DNA of 64,000 nt from Selaginella moellendorffii (Eukaryota > Plantae > Lycopodiophyta), in the NCBI RefSeq assembly GCF_000143415.4, contig NW_003314413.1, forward strand, positions 124,001-188,000, in the 5' to 3' direction. The notes under the pieces are model-generated. The model ran no database searches. It worked only from the letters and a program-made list of their open reading frames with translations, and was not told the origin of the DNA. The position numbers and the translations under genes were made by a program. Positions 1 to 10,600 of the stretch are shown piece after piece (within the stretch, counting starts at the first letter, position 1; the number at the start of each line of letters is the position of its first letter).

Positions 1-309
1 ATCCCGTTGCTCGGTCTTCTTTCAAGCTCCCGCAACGCAAGCTTGCTCGCTCATGCACAGCCTCGGCCCGGACCTACGAGCCCCAAACCTAGAATGGCCT
101 ATAAAACGGCCGTCAAACCCCCCGTGACGGCCACGCCTCAGCTCGTCATGGACCCGTCACCGCACGCCACGGCCTCTCCCGTGCGCTTCTGTGCACGAAA
201 ACAGTGGCATTACTGATAACAAGAAGCCAATCATAGTCTCAACCCTTCTCTCGTTTAGAAAAAAAAATTAAACAATTCAAACGGCTGACCGTTGACAAAT
301 TTTGACCCT

Positions 310-1125
310 CTAGAACCCTAAAACTTCTTTCTTGCGAGCGTTTCGAAACGCGCAGCAGCCCACGGAATAGACGATCACCAGGAAGAAGAACATCACCGCG
401 CTCACGAACGCGACCTTGCGCCAGTCGCGCTTGATGTTCTCGAGCACTCCCGCCTTGCAGGAACCGCAGTCCAGGCACAGATCCTCCTGGTTCCACCGCG
501 AGCAATCCGGGTCGGAATTAGGGTTCTGGGGATCCGCCCAGCTTGTGGCGTTAGCGAAGCCACACGCCGCTGGAGGCCGGCAGCATCCAGACTGCAAAGG
601 GACTAGACACAATCAATCCAATTCGAGGAGATTGGGCCACACCTGCAATGGGGAGTAATTGGTGAATGTAGCTTCTTCCAGGCCGACGCAAACCCTCGCA
701 GCGATCAAGCAGCTCTTGATCTTTGCCCAATTTCCCGGATTCTTGACGCGATCTTGGAGCCAGGGCGAGTAATCCGTGAGCCTATACTCCTCGTAGCCCA
801 ATCCAGCCAGAGAATGCCTGGCACCGCCCCTGCTCGTCACCACAAACGCAAATGCCGTGAATGCCAGCAGCGCTAGGATGAGGAGCAGCATAACCAGGAG
901 ATAGATCCACAGCAGCCACGCGATCCGGAAGCAGCTGCCGATAAATCCCGCCAGGGACACGAGCAGGATGAAGAGCCCTAGCGCGATCACGGGAAACTGG
1001 AGGAATTTCACGCACGCCGTCTCGTGCCGGTGCGCAAGCCAAATTCCCGCCCCAATCACCGCCAGCGAGAGGATCATCGCCACAAAATTCAGGATCCCCG
1101 TGAGGTAGTTGCTCGTCAGACCCAT
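310..1125 (-). CDS. Tetraspanin (plant TET family), 2 exons: 1125-643 and 591-310, ~254 aa
   Basis: Starts MGLTSNYLTGILNF with four hydrophobic segments. Contains the plant tetraspanin EC2 signature SGCCRPP and CLDCGSCKAGVL..I..DWRKV. A 51-nt GT-AG intron (642-592) joins ...SPLQ to SGCC in frame. Confidence 0.93.
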
Positions 1126-1289
1126 CTGATCGATCGATCGATCGGGCTGGAATCGCCTAGAACACTCGCGTACGGAAGCGCGACAAAAATGCCCGGCCTT
1201 GGCATCTGCTGCTCCAGGCCAGCGCGCGTACGGACGGGGATAAGAATGGGCCACCATGTTTAATGAGCGTGACAAGGACCTGACGGGCG

Positions 1290-3590
1290 TCATCTGACCG
1301 TACAGAGGTTGGACATCACGACGTACGCCGAGGAGTGGCCATGGTTCGAGCTCCGGGATGTCCGTACACCCCGGTGTACGTCACCGTGGATGTGGCAAGC
1401 GCCCAAGAGGCTCATCCATTGAGCGGGAGATGGCCACATGGGCATGGTTTGAATGAGCTCCTCAACCTTATCAAGACGCCCGGCGCGGCCGAGAAGATCG
1501 ACGAGGCACCCGTAGTTGTCCTCCAGTGGCTCGATCGAGTAGTCCCCGATCATGAGATGGAACTGGTGGCGGGCCTCTCGGATCGATCCGGCATGCGCGC
1601 ATGCGAAGAGCACACAGGTGAAGCTTATCACATTCGGCGCCACGCCCTCTTGATCCATTCTTTGCAGTAGGCCCATCGATTCGCGCAGGTCACCCTGGTG
1701 AGCGTAGGCCCCGATGATCGCGTTCCAGGAGATGGAGTTCTTGCCCCGGATCTCCTCGAACGCGGCCCTCGCGCTGGCGAGGGCGCCGCAGCGATCATAC
1801 ATGTTGACTAGCGCGGTGCCCGGGATCACGCTGCTTGAGAGCCCCTTGGCGGCGATGGTGGCGTGGATCTTCCGCCCTTCTCGCAGGTCCTCGCACGCAT
1901 CCAGCGCGCTCACCAGCGTCAGCTGGTTGGGATGGATCCCTTGGAGCTCCATTCTACTCAGTAGCAGCAGGGCTTGATCACTGTGACCCTGGTGAGCGCA
2001 AGCAGTGATCATCGACGTCCACGGGATCACATCGTCCCTCCGCTCGTCGCCCATTTGATCGAATACTCTCCAGGCGCTCTCGATGCTACCGCAGTTGCCA
2101 TACATGTCAATGAGCGCCGTCTCCACGCTTTGGGACTCGTGGATTCTATTGCTCTGATATTCTTCGTGGATCCTCCTCCCTTCCTCGATCAATTCCGGCG
2201 CGTTTGAAACCGCCTCCAGCACGCTCAAGAACGCGATCTCGTCGGGCTTCGTCCCTTCCGCGTCCATTTGCTTGAAGATCTGGAGAGCTCTCCGGGGGAA
2301 TCCATGCTGGGCATACGCAGCGATCAGCGACGTCCACGACACGATCGTCCTGCACGGCAACGAATTGAAGACGCTCTCGGCATCGATCAAGCTCCCGCAT
2401 TTGCCATACATCGTCACCAGCGCATTGCTCAACCGGGTGGAGCTCTCGTCGATCACTCCACTGGCGGCGATCCTCTCGTGAATTCTCCTCCCATCCCCCA
2501 GGAACTCCGCGCTGGAGCAAGCGCTCAGCGCAGTCAAGAATGTGTTCTCCATCGCCCTCACGCCCTCGCAATCCATGAGCTTGAGCAAACGCAGCGCCTC
2601 CTTGGCCTTCCCATGCTGAGCATGAGCTCCAATCAGAATGCCCCACGTCACCCCGTTCCTGTACGGCATGCCCACGAATACCGCCATGGCCTCGTCCAGG
2701 CTGCCGCACCGCCCGTACATGCTCACCAGCGTGTTCCCGATTAGGGCTTCACGCTCGAGGCCGCGAGCGGCGAGGTCGCCATGGAGTTTCTTCACCGAAT
2801 CGATCGATTCGCAGGTTACAAGAGTGCTCAAGAACGTCGATCGATCGGGCGCCAGGCCCGCGGGTTCGATACGGTAATACAGCTCCAGCGCTAGATCTCC
2901 ACGGCCGTGAAGAGAATAGGCTGCGATCATCGCGTTCCAGGCGATAATATCCCTCTTTCTCATCCGGTCGAAGAGATCCCGAGCTCGATCGAGGCCGCCG
3001 CACCTGGCATACATGCTCACCAGCGCCGTGCCGAGATTTCCACTCAGATCGAACCCGCTTGCCTCGATCCGGGCGTGGAGGCGCTCGCCCCCGGCGAGAT
3101 CCATTGCCAGGGTGCAAGCGCCCAGGAGATTGATAAACGTGACATGGCTGGCCTTGACGCCGTGGAGATCCATGCTTCCGAGAAGATCCAGCGCCTCCCG
3201 CAAATGCCCATTCTCGGCATACGCAGTGACGAGAATGCTCCAGGAGAAGACGTTTGGATGCTCGATGGACTCAAATGCGGCAATGGCGTCGTCCAGAGCT
3301 TCGCATTTCCCGTACATTCTCACGAGGAGATTGCCGAGAATGGTGTCGCCGCCGGCGCCCGCGCTGTTGATCTGGGCGTGGAGGCGCTTGCCCTGCGGCA
3401 GATCTCTGGAGCTTGCGCAGGCGCGAAGGAGATCCATGTAGGTGGAGAAATCCGCCGCAGCTCCTCGTTCCTCGAGGCGATCCAGCCTCTCGCAAACATC
3501 ACTGTGGCTCGATTTCGCGGCTCCATCTCCATATCCAGCGCAAGAGCAGAAAAACCTTCTTGCTCTTCCCGAGACACGTCTTTGCAACAT
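1290..3590 (-). CDS. PLS-class pentatricopeptide repeat protein with partial E domain (organellar RNA editing factor type)
   Basis: Intronless ~766-aa ORF with repeated motifs (ALVSMYARCG, SWTSLIAAYAQHG, VSALDAC). It ends with YGCLVDLLGRAG...WMSLLGACHIHG...SAYVVMSN and has no DYW domain. First ATG is at 3590. Confidence 0.93.
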   Translation of the reverse strand: MLQRRVSGRARRFFCSCAGYGDGAAKSSHSDVCERLDRLEERGAAADFSTYMDLLRACASSRDLPQGKRLHAQINSAGAGGDTILGNLLVRMYGKCEALDDAIAAFESIEHPNVFSWSILVTAYAENGHLREALDLLGSMDLHGVKASHVTFINLLGACTLAMDLAGGERLHARIEASGFDLSGNLGTALVSMYARCGGLDRARDLFDRMRKRDIIAWNAMIAAYSLHGRGDLALELYYRIEPAGLAPDRSTFLSTLVTCESIDSVKKLHGDLAARGLEREALIGNTLVSMYGRCGSLDEAMAVFVGMPYRNGVTWGILIGAHAQHGKAKEALRLLKLMDCEGVRAMENTFLTALSACSSAEFLGDGRRIHERIAASGVIDESSTRLSNALVTMYGKCGSLIDAESVFNSLPCRTIVSWTSLIAAYAQHGFPRRALQIFKQMDAEGTKPDEIAFLSVLEAVSNAPELIEEGRRIHEEYQSNRIHESQSVETALIDMYGNCGSIESAWRVFDQMGDERRDDVIPWTSMITACAHQGHSDQALLLLSRMELQGIHPNQLTLVSALDACEDLREGRKIHATIAAKGLSSSVIPGTALVNMYDRCGALASARAAFEEIRGKNSISWNAIIGAYAHQGDLRESMGLLQRMDQEGVAPNVISFTCVLFACAHAGSIREARHQFHLMIGDYSIEPLEDNYGCLVDLLGRAGRLDKVEELIQTMPMWPSPAQWMSLLGACHIHGDVHRGVRTSRSSNHGHSSAYVVMSNLCTVR

Positions 3591-4265
3591 CAATCCATTG
3601 AGATCCTATGACCTTATCAGATTGAAAGTGAGAATCCCGCACTTCAATTTCTCTTGTTGTGGCCCCAGATATCGGAACCATTCAATGTTCTTGCAGTAGC
3701 CCATGCGGGAACAAATGATATGTCTTAGGACATAAAGCAGCTACCTTTGGGATCGCAAGTCAGCACCTCAGGTTGATTGAAAGTGAGAATCCCACACCTA
3801 TCCTCGCAGAACTTGGAGGCGGGGATTGATGAAAGTGTGGAAGTGCTAGCTCCGGCAGCAAAGCTTTGTACGATTCGTGCTGCCCGTAGGCTCGTTCTGA
3901 AAATGTTAAATAAAATATAAGACCTATTGGCTCGCAGGATACCTATGGGCCAGATAGACAATCGTAAAACTCATGTTATTCCTCTATGTTTCAAGCAGTT
4001 GTGTTTCCTGCTGGCTATATGATTCTTGATGAGGTGGATGAGTTTCGTGTGGTTTTTCTTGGTGATCATGCATGAAATTATTGAGTTCGATTATAATTAT
4101 TTGACGTAAAATAAAAAATAATGATTAAAAATGACCAATAAATTCTTAATTATCAAAATAAAATCCAAAATAAGCATCTTTCAAAGATGCAAATTGTCAT
4201 ATTGAAATTGACTTACCCAAAATAATGACACAATAAAACAAAATAATAATAATGAACATATACTG

Positions 4266-4273
4266 TATATAAA
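4266..4273 (+). promoter_or_regulatory. Putative TATA box of the Hog gene
   Basis: TATATAAA about 40 nt upstream of ATG 4313. The AT-rich context weakens the call. Confidence 0.4.
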
Positions 4274-4312
4274 GCATCTCCCTTCCAATAATTTCGTTAG
4301 ACAGTTTCAGAA

Positions 4313-5319
4313 ATGACTAAACTTTTTATTTATGTTTTTTTATTTCCTAGTATTTTTCCCTTCATTAATTCTCAAGTTGATCCATGTAAACATGATTCAG
4401 ATTGTATTTCAGGTTATCACTGCGATAATGCTAATTGTGTAAAAAACAAATCATGTTTTCCAGGTATAGTTCACTTTATCATATTCGTAGCTCTAAGTTT
4501 ATTACTAGGTGATGCTAGTTTAAAGCTTTCTAATGGTAAACGAAAACAAATAAAGGATATTTCAATTGGTGATAAGGTTTGTAAGATTAATCACTTAATT
4601 TTACTCTTAACTGTTGCAATTAGGTTGCAATCCGAAATAAAGATGGCAAAATAGATTATTCTGATATATATGCTTTTGGACATAAAGATATTGAGCCTTA
4701 TGAAGAATTTATTCATATTAATACTGAAAATAATAAGAGTATTGAGTTATCTAGTTTACATTTTATACCCATTAAAAGTAAGAATTTTTATTTACTATTT
4801 CATGCATCATATTCCTAATAATCCATTTTTAGATTCAAAATCAATACTATATAAGTATGCAAAGGATATTACTTTTGCAGATACATTATTAGTTTTGGAT
4901 GAGCAATCAGGAGAACTATTACCTAATAATATAACAGGTAAGTATTAATTTTAAGCTTTTTATTTTTTAATAATTCATCTATAGATATTTATATATCAAA
5001 AAAGTATGGCCTTTACAATCCATTTACATTGACTGGTGATTTAATTGTAAATGATATTGTAGTATCAACTCACAGTGATTGGTTTTTAGATGAGATATTT
5101 GAATATTTAAAACTAAGCTATTTATTACCTGATATATATCATGCTGTTTTATTTCCAATTCAATTACTATATAGATATTTAAATATTGATATTTATTTAA
5201 AATTATACAACTTAGTGGATACCATGCTTAATAATATTAGCTCTATTATGCTAGTTTCTGCTTTATCAATGTTTATTAAAAATAAAAGTAAAGATAATAA
5301 AATAATTAATAAAAAATAA
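4313..5319 (+). CDS. Secreted Hog (Hedgehog/intein Hint + SRR-like) domain protein; 5 exons 4313-4463, 4509-4576, 4624-4777, 4833-4937, 4985-5319; 270 aa
   Basis: Four GT-AG introns of 45, 47, 55 and 47 nt give an 813-nt open frame. The protein is a signal peptide, then QVDPCKHDSDCISGYHCDNANCVKNKS, then CFPGDASLKLSNGKRKQIKDISIGDKV (Hint block A), YSDIYAFGH, ELSSLHFI (block B S/TxxH), YAKDI, GLYNPFTLTGDLIVNDIVVSTH (Hedgehog-type C-terminal Hint motif) and YHAVLFPIQLLY (SRR-like). Confidence 0.85.
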
Positions 5320-5396
5320 AACAGAAATAATGAAATAATTCTAATTAATATTTAACTTTTAAATGGTAATTTCTTAGTATAGATTAGAAAAATATT

Positions 5397-5398
<2 letters not shown>

Positions 5399-5453
<55 letters not shown>

Positions 5454-5538
5454 TTATATATATGTATATATGTATGTTTATATGTATGTATGTATGTATA
5501 TGTATGTATATATGTATGTTTATATGTATGTATGTATG

Positions 5539-5570
<32 letters not shown>

Positions 5571-5638
5571 TATGTATGTATGTATGTATATGTATGTATG
5601 TATATATGTATATATGTGTATATGTATATATGTGTATA
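5399..5638. repeat. Compound microsatellite (TA)n followed by (TATG)n-like units, running into an assembly gap
   Basis: Directly visible. Confidence 0.97.
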
Positions 5639-5738
5639 NNNNNNNNNNNNNNNNNNNNNNNNNNNNNNNNNNNNNNNNNNNNNNNNNNNNNNNNNNNNNN
5701 NNNNNNNNNNNNNNNNNNNNNNNNNNNNNNNNNNNNNN
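5639..5738. other. Assembly gap (100 N)
   Basis: Run of N. Confidence 1.
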
Positions 5739-6929
5739 AATAAAAGAAGAAAATATTTATGACAAGAAAAATACGGTGGCATATAGGTACATCTTTCTTA
5801 CTTACTTTTTCCATCCATATGTTATTGTGGCAGAACTCCCATAATCTTGATCAGCTCTCTTCTTAGAATAGCAAAATCTTGCACCCTACTTTCAATTTTA
5901 CTATTGCATATCCCCTAAGATTTAGCATCATCACAATGCCATGACTTCAATATGCAGCATTTGATTCCAGGAAAAAACAAAACAAAACCATTCAAACGTC
6001 ATATGCATGTTAATGCCCAAGATGCATTCAAAGATTATTTGGTGAGTCATATAGTGTGTTTAAACAATTCAAACACATGTGTTTTAAATTGATTTTATCT
6101 TGCAGTATAATTGATTTATAGTGTGTTATTTATATCCAAATGAACCCTGCAACTTCACACATACACACTCTACATAGTAGATTCCCATTGGTTTAAACTG
6201 ATTTTCACTTGCCACAAGTACTGAACGCCCAAATATATTCCAGCAATCTCTTAGCAGGAATATACTAAGGATCCAATGGCCATTTCATGGTCATCCAATA
6301 AGATGGGATGGTTGGAATCATAGCCCATACATGCTATTGACATCCATGCCTTTGATTTAGGTTGTTTGGTCAATCATGTTTGTGGACTTCTTTAGCAGTT
6401 GCAATCCCTTTCATAAGTGCATTAACATAGGTGTCAAAAGACATAAAAATGCTGTTTGGATTGTCACTGATTTGTAGTTTTGTGATATAAATAGTCTTTC
6501 TCATTATATTCTTAAATACTTTTAATAGTACTCTCTCTCTATTCATCAAGTAGATATTGAGGAACTCCAAAGTCTCTATCTATTGCTTGTATAGAAGCCT
6601 TAATTTTGTAATGTTGTAAATTATATTATTTGGAGTTTTGTTCACTACCAAACTAGCATATGTGTAATTGAGAAAAATGAAGTGCTCAATATAAAATTTA
6701 TATTCATGAGCAAAAATTTCTGTTATAGTCTTTAACCATTCCTTTGGACTGTAATTATTTATAATGCATATTAGTTTTTTCAACTTTAAAGACTTTACAT
6801 ACTAAACTTTGTGCTTAATTTATACAAAGTTAGCCAAGAACCCTTCCTAACATTTAGAGGCACAACTTCATATACATCTTTCTTGATCTTCAAAACATTT
6901 CTATAAACAAAAACAATAAAAAATGACAC

Positions 6930-7650
6930 TATATCTAAATGTTTTCCCATAATTATATACGTTATCCAAATCTCATTCTATGATCACTAAATCTACCAAT
7001 CTTTCTATTATAAAATCTCATTCCATAATTATATATGTTATCTAAATATCATCCTATGATCATTAATTCTACGAATCTTTCGATTATGAAATCTCATCCC
7101 ATGATCACATGTGTTATTTAAATCTCATTCTATAATCTATAAATCTATCTATTGTGTATATTAACTTTTTGATGTGAGGCAACTAATCCCAGAAGGGATA
7201 TTTTATTGCTAGAACTTTTCGGATAACTCAATGGTAAAAGTTTCATTTTTTAACCCCCTTTATTAAATATTAGTTGGATTTCATGCCCTTTTCTTTTGTG
7301 AGGCTCTCTAGCTCTATGAAAAAAGGTATAATCATCATATTGCAACTACTTTTGGTTTGCTTAAATACATTTGTTTGTGGATTGAGCATACTCCTTTTGG
7401 TTTGCTTGGATACTTTTGTCCATAAATTGAGCATACTTTTTTTGGTTTGCTTGGATACCTTTGCCTGTGGATGAATGCTCAATACATATCATTTCAAATT
7501 TAAGGGTAGAAATATATCTACTTAAAGGTATATAATGGATGCTTGATGAGAGAGCCTTTAGTAGTTATTTTATCCCTATTTATCCTTTAAGGTTTTAAGG
7601 ATTCACGGTGACAGTATATCTAAATCTCATCCCATGATCACATGTGCTAC
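6930..7650. repeat. AT-rich dispersed repeat with internal tandem units (AAATCTCATyCyATGATCAC; ~42-nt TACTyyTTTTGGTTTGCTT units); inverted homolog at ~62050-62700
   Basis: 7550-7640 (TAGTAGTTATTTTATCCCTATTTATCC...GGATTCACGGTGACAGTATATCTAAATCTCATCCCATGATCAC) matches the reverse complement of ~62105-62135 and ~62520-62575. Confidence 0.7.
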
Positions 7651-10600
7651 ACACTCCCACTCTCAACTATTCAAGTCAGAGTTTTTAGTCCAAATATGTT
7701 ACACTCGTTCACTTTGGCCATTACCACGTGGCTTAGGGATATGTGTTTCACAACTCCACCACCCATGGATAAAGTTTGATGTCCTCATTGAATAATAAAC
7801 CATTTTATAAAGTAACCCCATAATGGATTACCACTTTTTATCCTTAGCACCCAGCTAATATTTGTCAATGGTTTGACACTGAAGGCTCACCATGCCTTGT
7901 CCACATAATCTTCTTAACTTAGAGACTCATTAGACCACTTATGGTGGTCCTTCCCCTTATATTTGTTTAGTTCATGCTAAATTCATTAAAGACACCTTCT
8001 CTCTTTCAATTTTACTATTCATTTAGGAGTAGTTTTGGCTTTTACTAACATAACCATCACACTCTAAAACTTTAATATTGACATCTTATATCAATTTCTT
8101 AAGTGTGTTCGACACTTTGCATTGCACCGGTTATGCAAATCCCATTTCCCCATCTTATTCTTCACTAGAGGGCATTATCATCCTCTCTTTTAACCTTTGG
8201 AACTAAATTTCACTTACCCATAATTCATGCTAGGGTTATCCATGGCCCTATCATTTGGTTACTTTACTACTCCATCTCTTTTAAAATTTTTCCTTCTCTA
8301 AATTGAAGCATTTAGAAATCCATATTTAAAAATATTTTTCCCCTCCCACAATCTGTTAACATTGACCACATGGGTGTTCCTTGCCTAATTTGTCATTTGG
8401 ATTCCTTTCAATAATTTATATGACCTAATCTTGGCCATTAGTCTTTTGCTCATATGCTTTGTTGCACTAGGCAACATAAAATCACTACTTCCATCCTTGA
8501 GATATCCTTTTGATTCCATAACAAAAGCTCTATTTTGCCAAGTCTAAGAGGTGTTTACCCCTAGTAAGTCTCTTTAATATTTTCTACTATAGGCTCTATC
8601 CATAACCCAACTTTGCGACCCACCCATGGGTCCTTCTTTAGAGACTATTTTCTTAAACTCACAATACTATTGCATCGTCGTAGTTCATTTTCCTTAAGTG
8701 TGCTTTTTTAGTCACCTTGACCAAGCCACACCATTACCAATAGTTCAAATTAACACTTTGAACTAGGAATTTTATTCCTTAACCTCACAAGGACTTTATC
8801 CTTGTTTAGCCGTAAGATCATCCAATGATCTAATCTTGACACATTAACAAGTTTGTTAATAGATATTAGGTTTACCAAACCTTTAAGTTGTTAACCATGA
8901 CCCCGGGGGCATCCCTTACACTTGGTGGTGCACCCAAGCCAGCCCTTCTAACTAAGGGTTCATAGCAATTGAGATTAGGTGTCCTTATCTCATTCACTAC
9001 GTCTTTGGTGCCACTTGCAGTAAAGTGTTTAAGTTAGATATGTTGAGCTTTCACACTAAGCAATCTAATGATGCATCACAACTTTAGGGCATCCCTCACT
9101 TGGCGATGTGCTTAAGCTAGTTTCCTTATTAAGAGTTTATGACCACCGAAAAATGAATGTCCTCATATTCCAAACCATCACCATGCTTTAGTGAGTTGGG
9201 ATTTGAACTCAAGCACTAAAGGGTTGAGACTTGAACCCAACCTCCGTATATACATCTATGGATGGCATCACCCAAGATGCCTGGCATGACTCCCCATGCT
9301 AGTGCACTAACTTATACCCAAAGGGCACTACAGATCACAATTTAGGAACTTAGTTCCTCTAAATTACCAAGTCCTGTCATTTAACAAGTTTATGATCATG
9401 CATGAGTTCCTCCATACTTGACCTCATAAGCCACCCCTTTTGAAGTCAACACTTTCAACTAGTGTTTTTGTTTCCTCAATTTGCCAATCTCGTTTAGTAA
9501 TGAAAACCAACTAATCCCTAACCTTGATAGCCTCACCTCATGACAAATTTCAAGACCACGTTTTTGCTATACCATTCTGATTTCGTACGTTCCTATAAAT
9601 CATTTACACTTGTCTTTCTAGGTACTAATTTATCTCGAATCATTTTTAGGAACATTGAAAGGACCCTATCCTTTAGCTTGCCAAGACTCCTCTTTTTGCA
9701 AGCTTTTCAACTACCATAAGTTCTAACATGGCAATTTCCCACTTTAGACTCTTTATGGCTCTATGATTACCAATAGCACCACCTTCGAGCATCCACTTGA
9801 TTATCCACTCCTCAACTTGTATAATCACTCTTAGTTATGCCCTTCAATTTCTATGATTTGGTTCTATCCGCTTTAGCAAATATTCTTAAGGATGAACCTA
9901 TCCAATGGCATAGGGAGTGGTTCCTTAATCTAGATATGCTCACTTTATAATCCCACACACTAAGATCAATATTACTACTTATAGGATTTTGTATGCCCAT
10001 CACTAACCTAGCTAAAATCTTTTTTGGCTTTGTTCACTTTTTGATGGATAAACTTCTCCTATTTTTAGCTTTTTGCCATTTTGGATGTTAGATAATACCT
10101 TATATCCATTATTCTTTAGGGACTTAATTCATAGGGCCTTATTTAATGCCCTTATGATACTAAATACCACTTCCTAGGTGTTCAAGAGTGCTTAGGTGTC
10201 TCAGTGATAGACTTATTTGACAATGATCATTTCCTTTTATAACCTTGATTCACTATATTACAACATAAACAATTTATCCCCCGAATGATATATTTATCTT
10301 CCTTCTTATCCCAATAAAAGGTCTTGGGAAGTTGACTTCCAATCAATTATGCCATATATTTTGCTTAGTTACTTTATAGTTATCAGCTAGTGCTTTCACA
10401 CTTCCATCATTATTTGGGTCCACACAATTGAATTATATGCCTTCCCGCTTATGCTATGCCAATTTTAGTTCTATTGAGATTTCTTTGGCAAAAGGTTCTC
10501 ATAAACCAACCAACTTGATTTTAAGGCCTCATCCCTTAAGACACTTGGGGTCTCCACCCTATCTGCTCCACGAGCCTACTTTCACGACACTTTCCATTTG

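Noticed and set aside
613-1293. 226-aa ORF with an N-terminal extension on the tetraspanin
   Set aside because: The paralog at 40240 starts at the equivalent MGL. The extension overlaps the PPR 3' end and the ORF tail reads into the intron.
4464-4508. Apparent transmembrane segment (IVHFIIFVALSLLL) in the 113-aa ORF at 4313
   Set aside because: It is bounded by GT...AG and splits the CFPG|D Hint block A, so it is better explained as a 45-nt in-frame intron. Intron retention cannot be excluded.
4454-5075. A true intein (protein splicing element)
   Set aside because: No terminal His-Asn followed by Cys/Ser/Thr, no homing endonuclease and no host extein. The motifs are Hedgehog-type.
5384-5844. 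ORFs rich in Y/I/H/M/C/V
   Set aside because: Translation of a TA/TATG microsatellite and an N gap.
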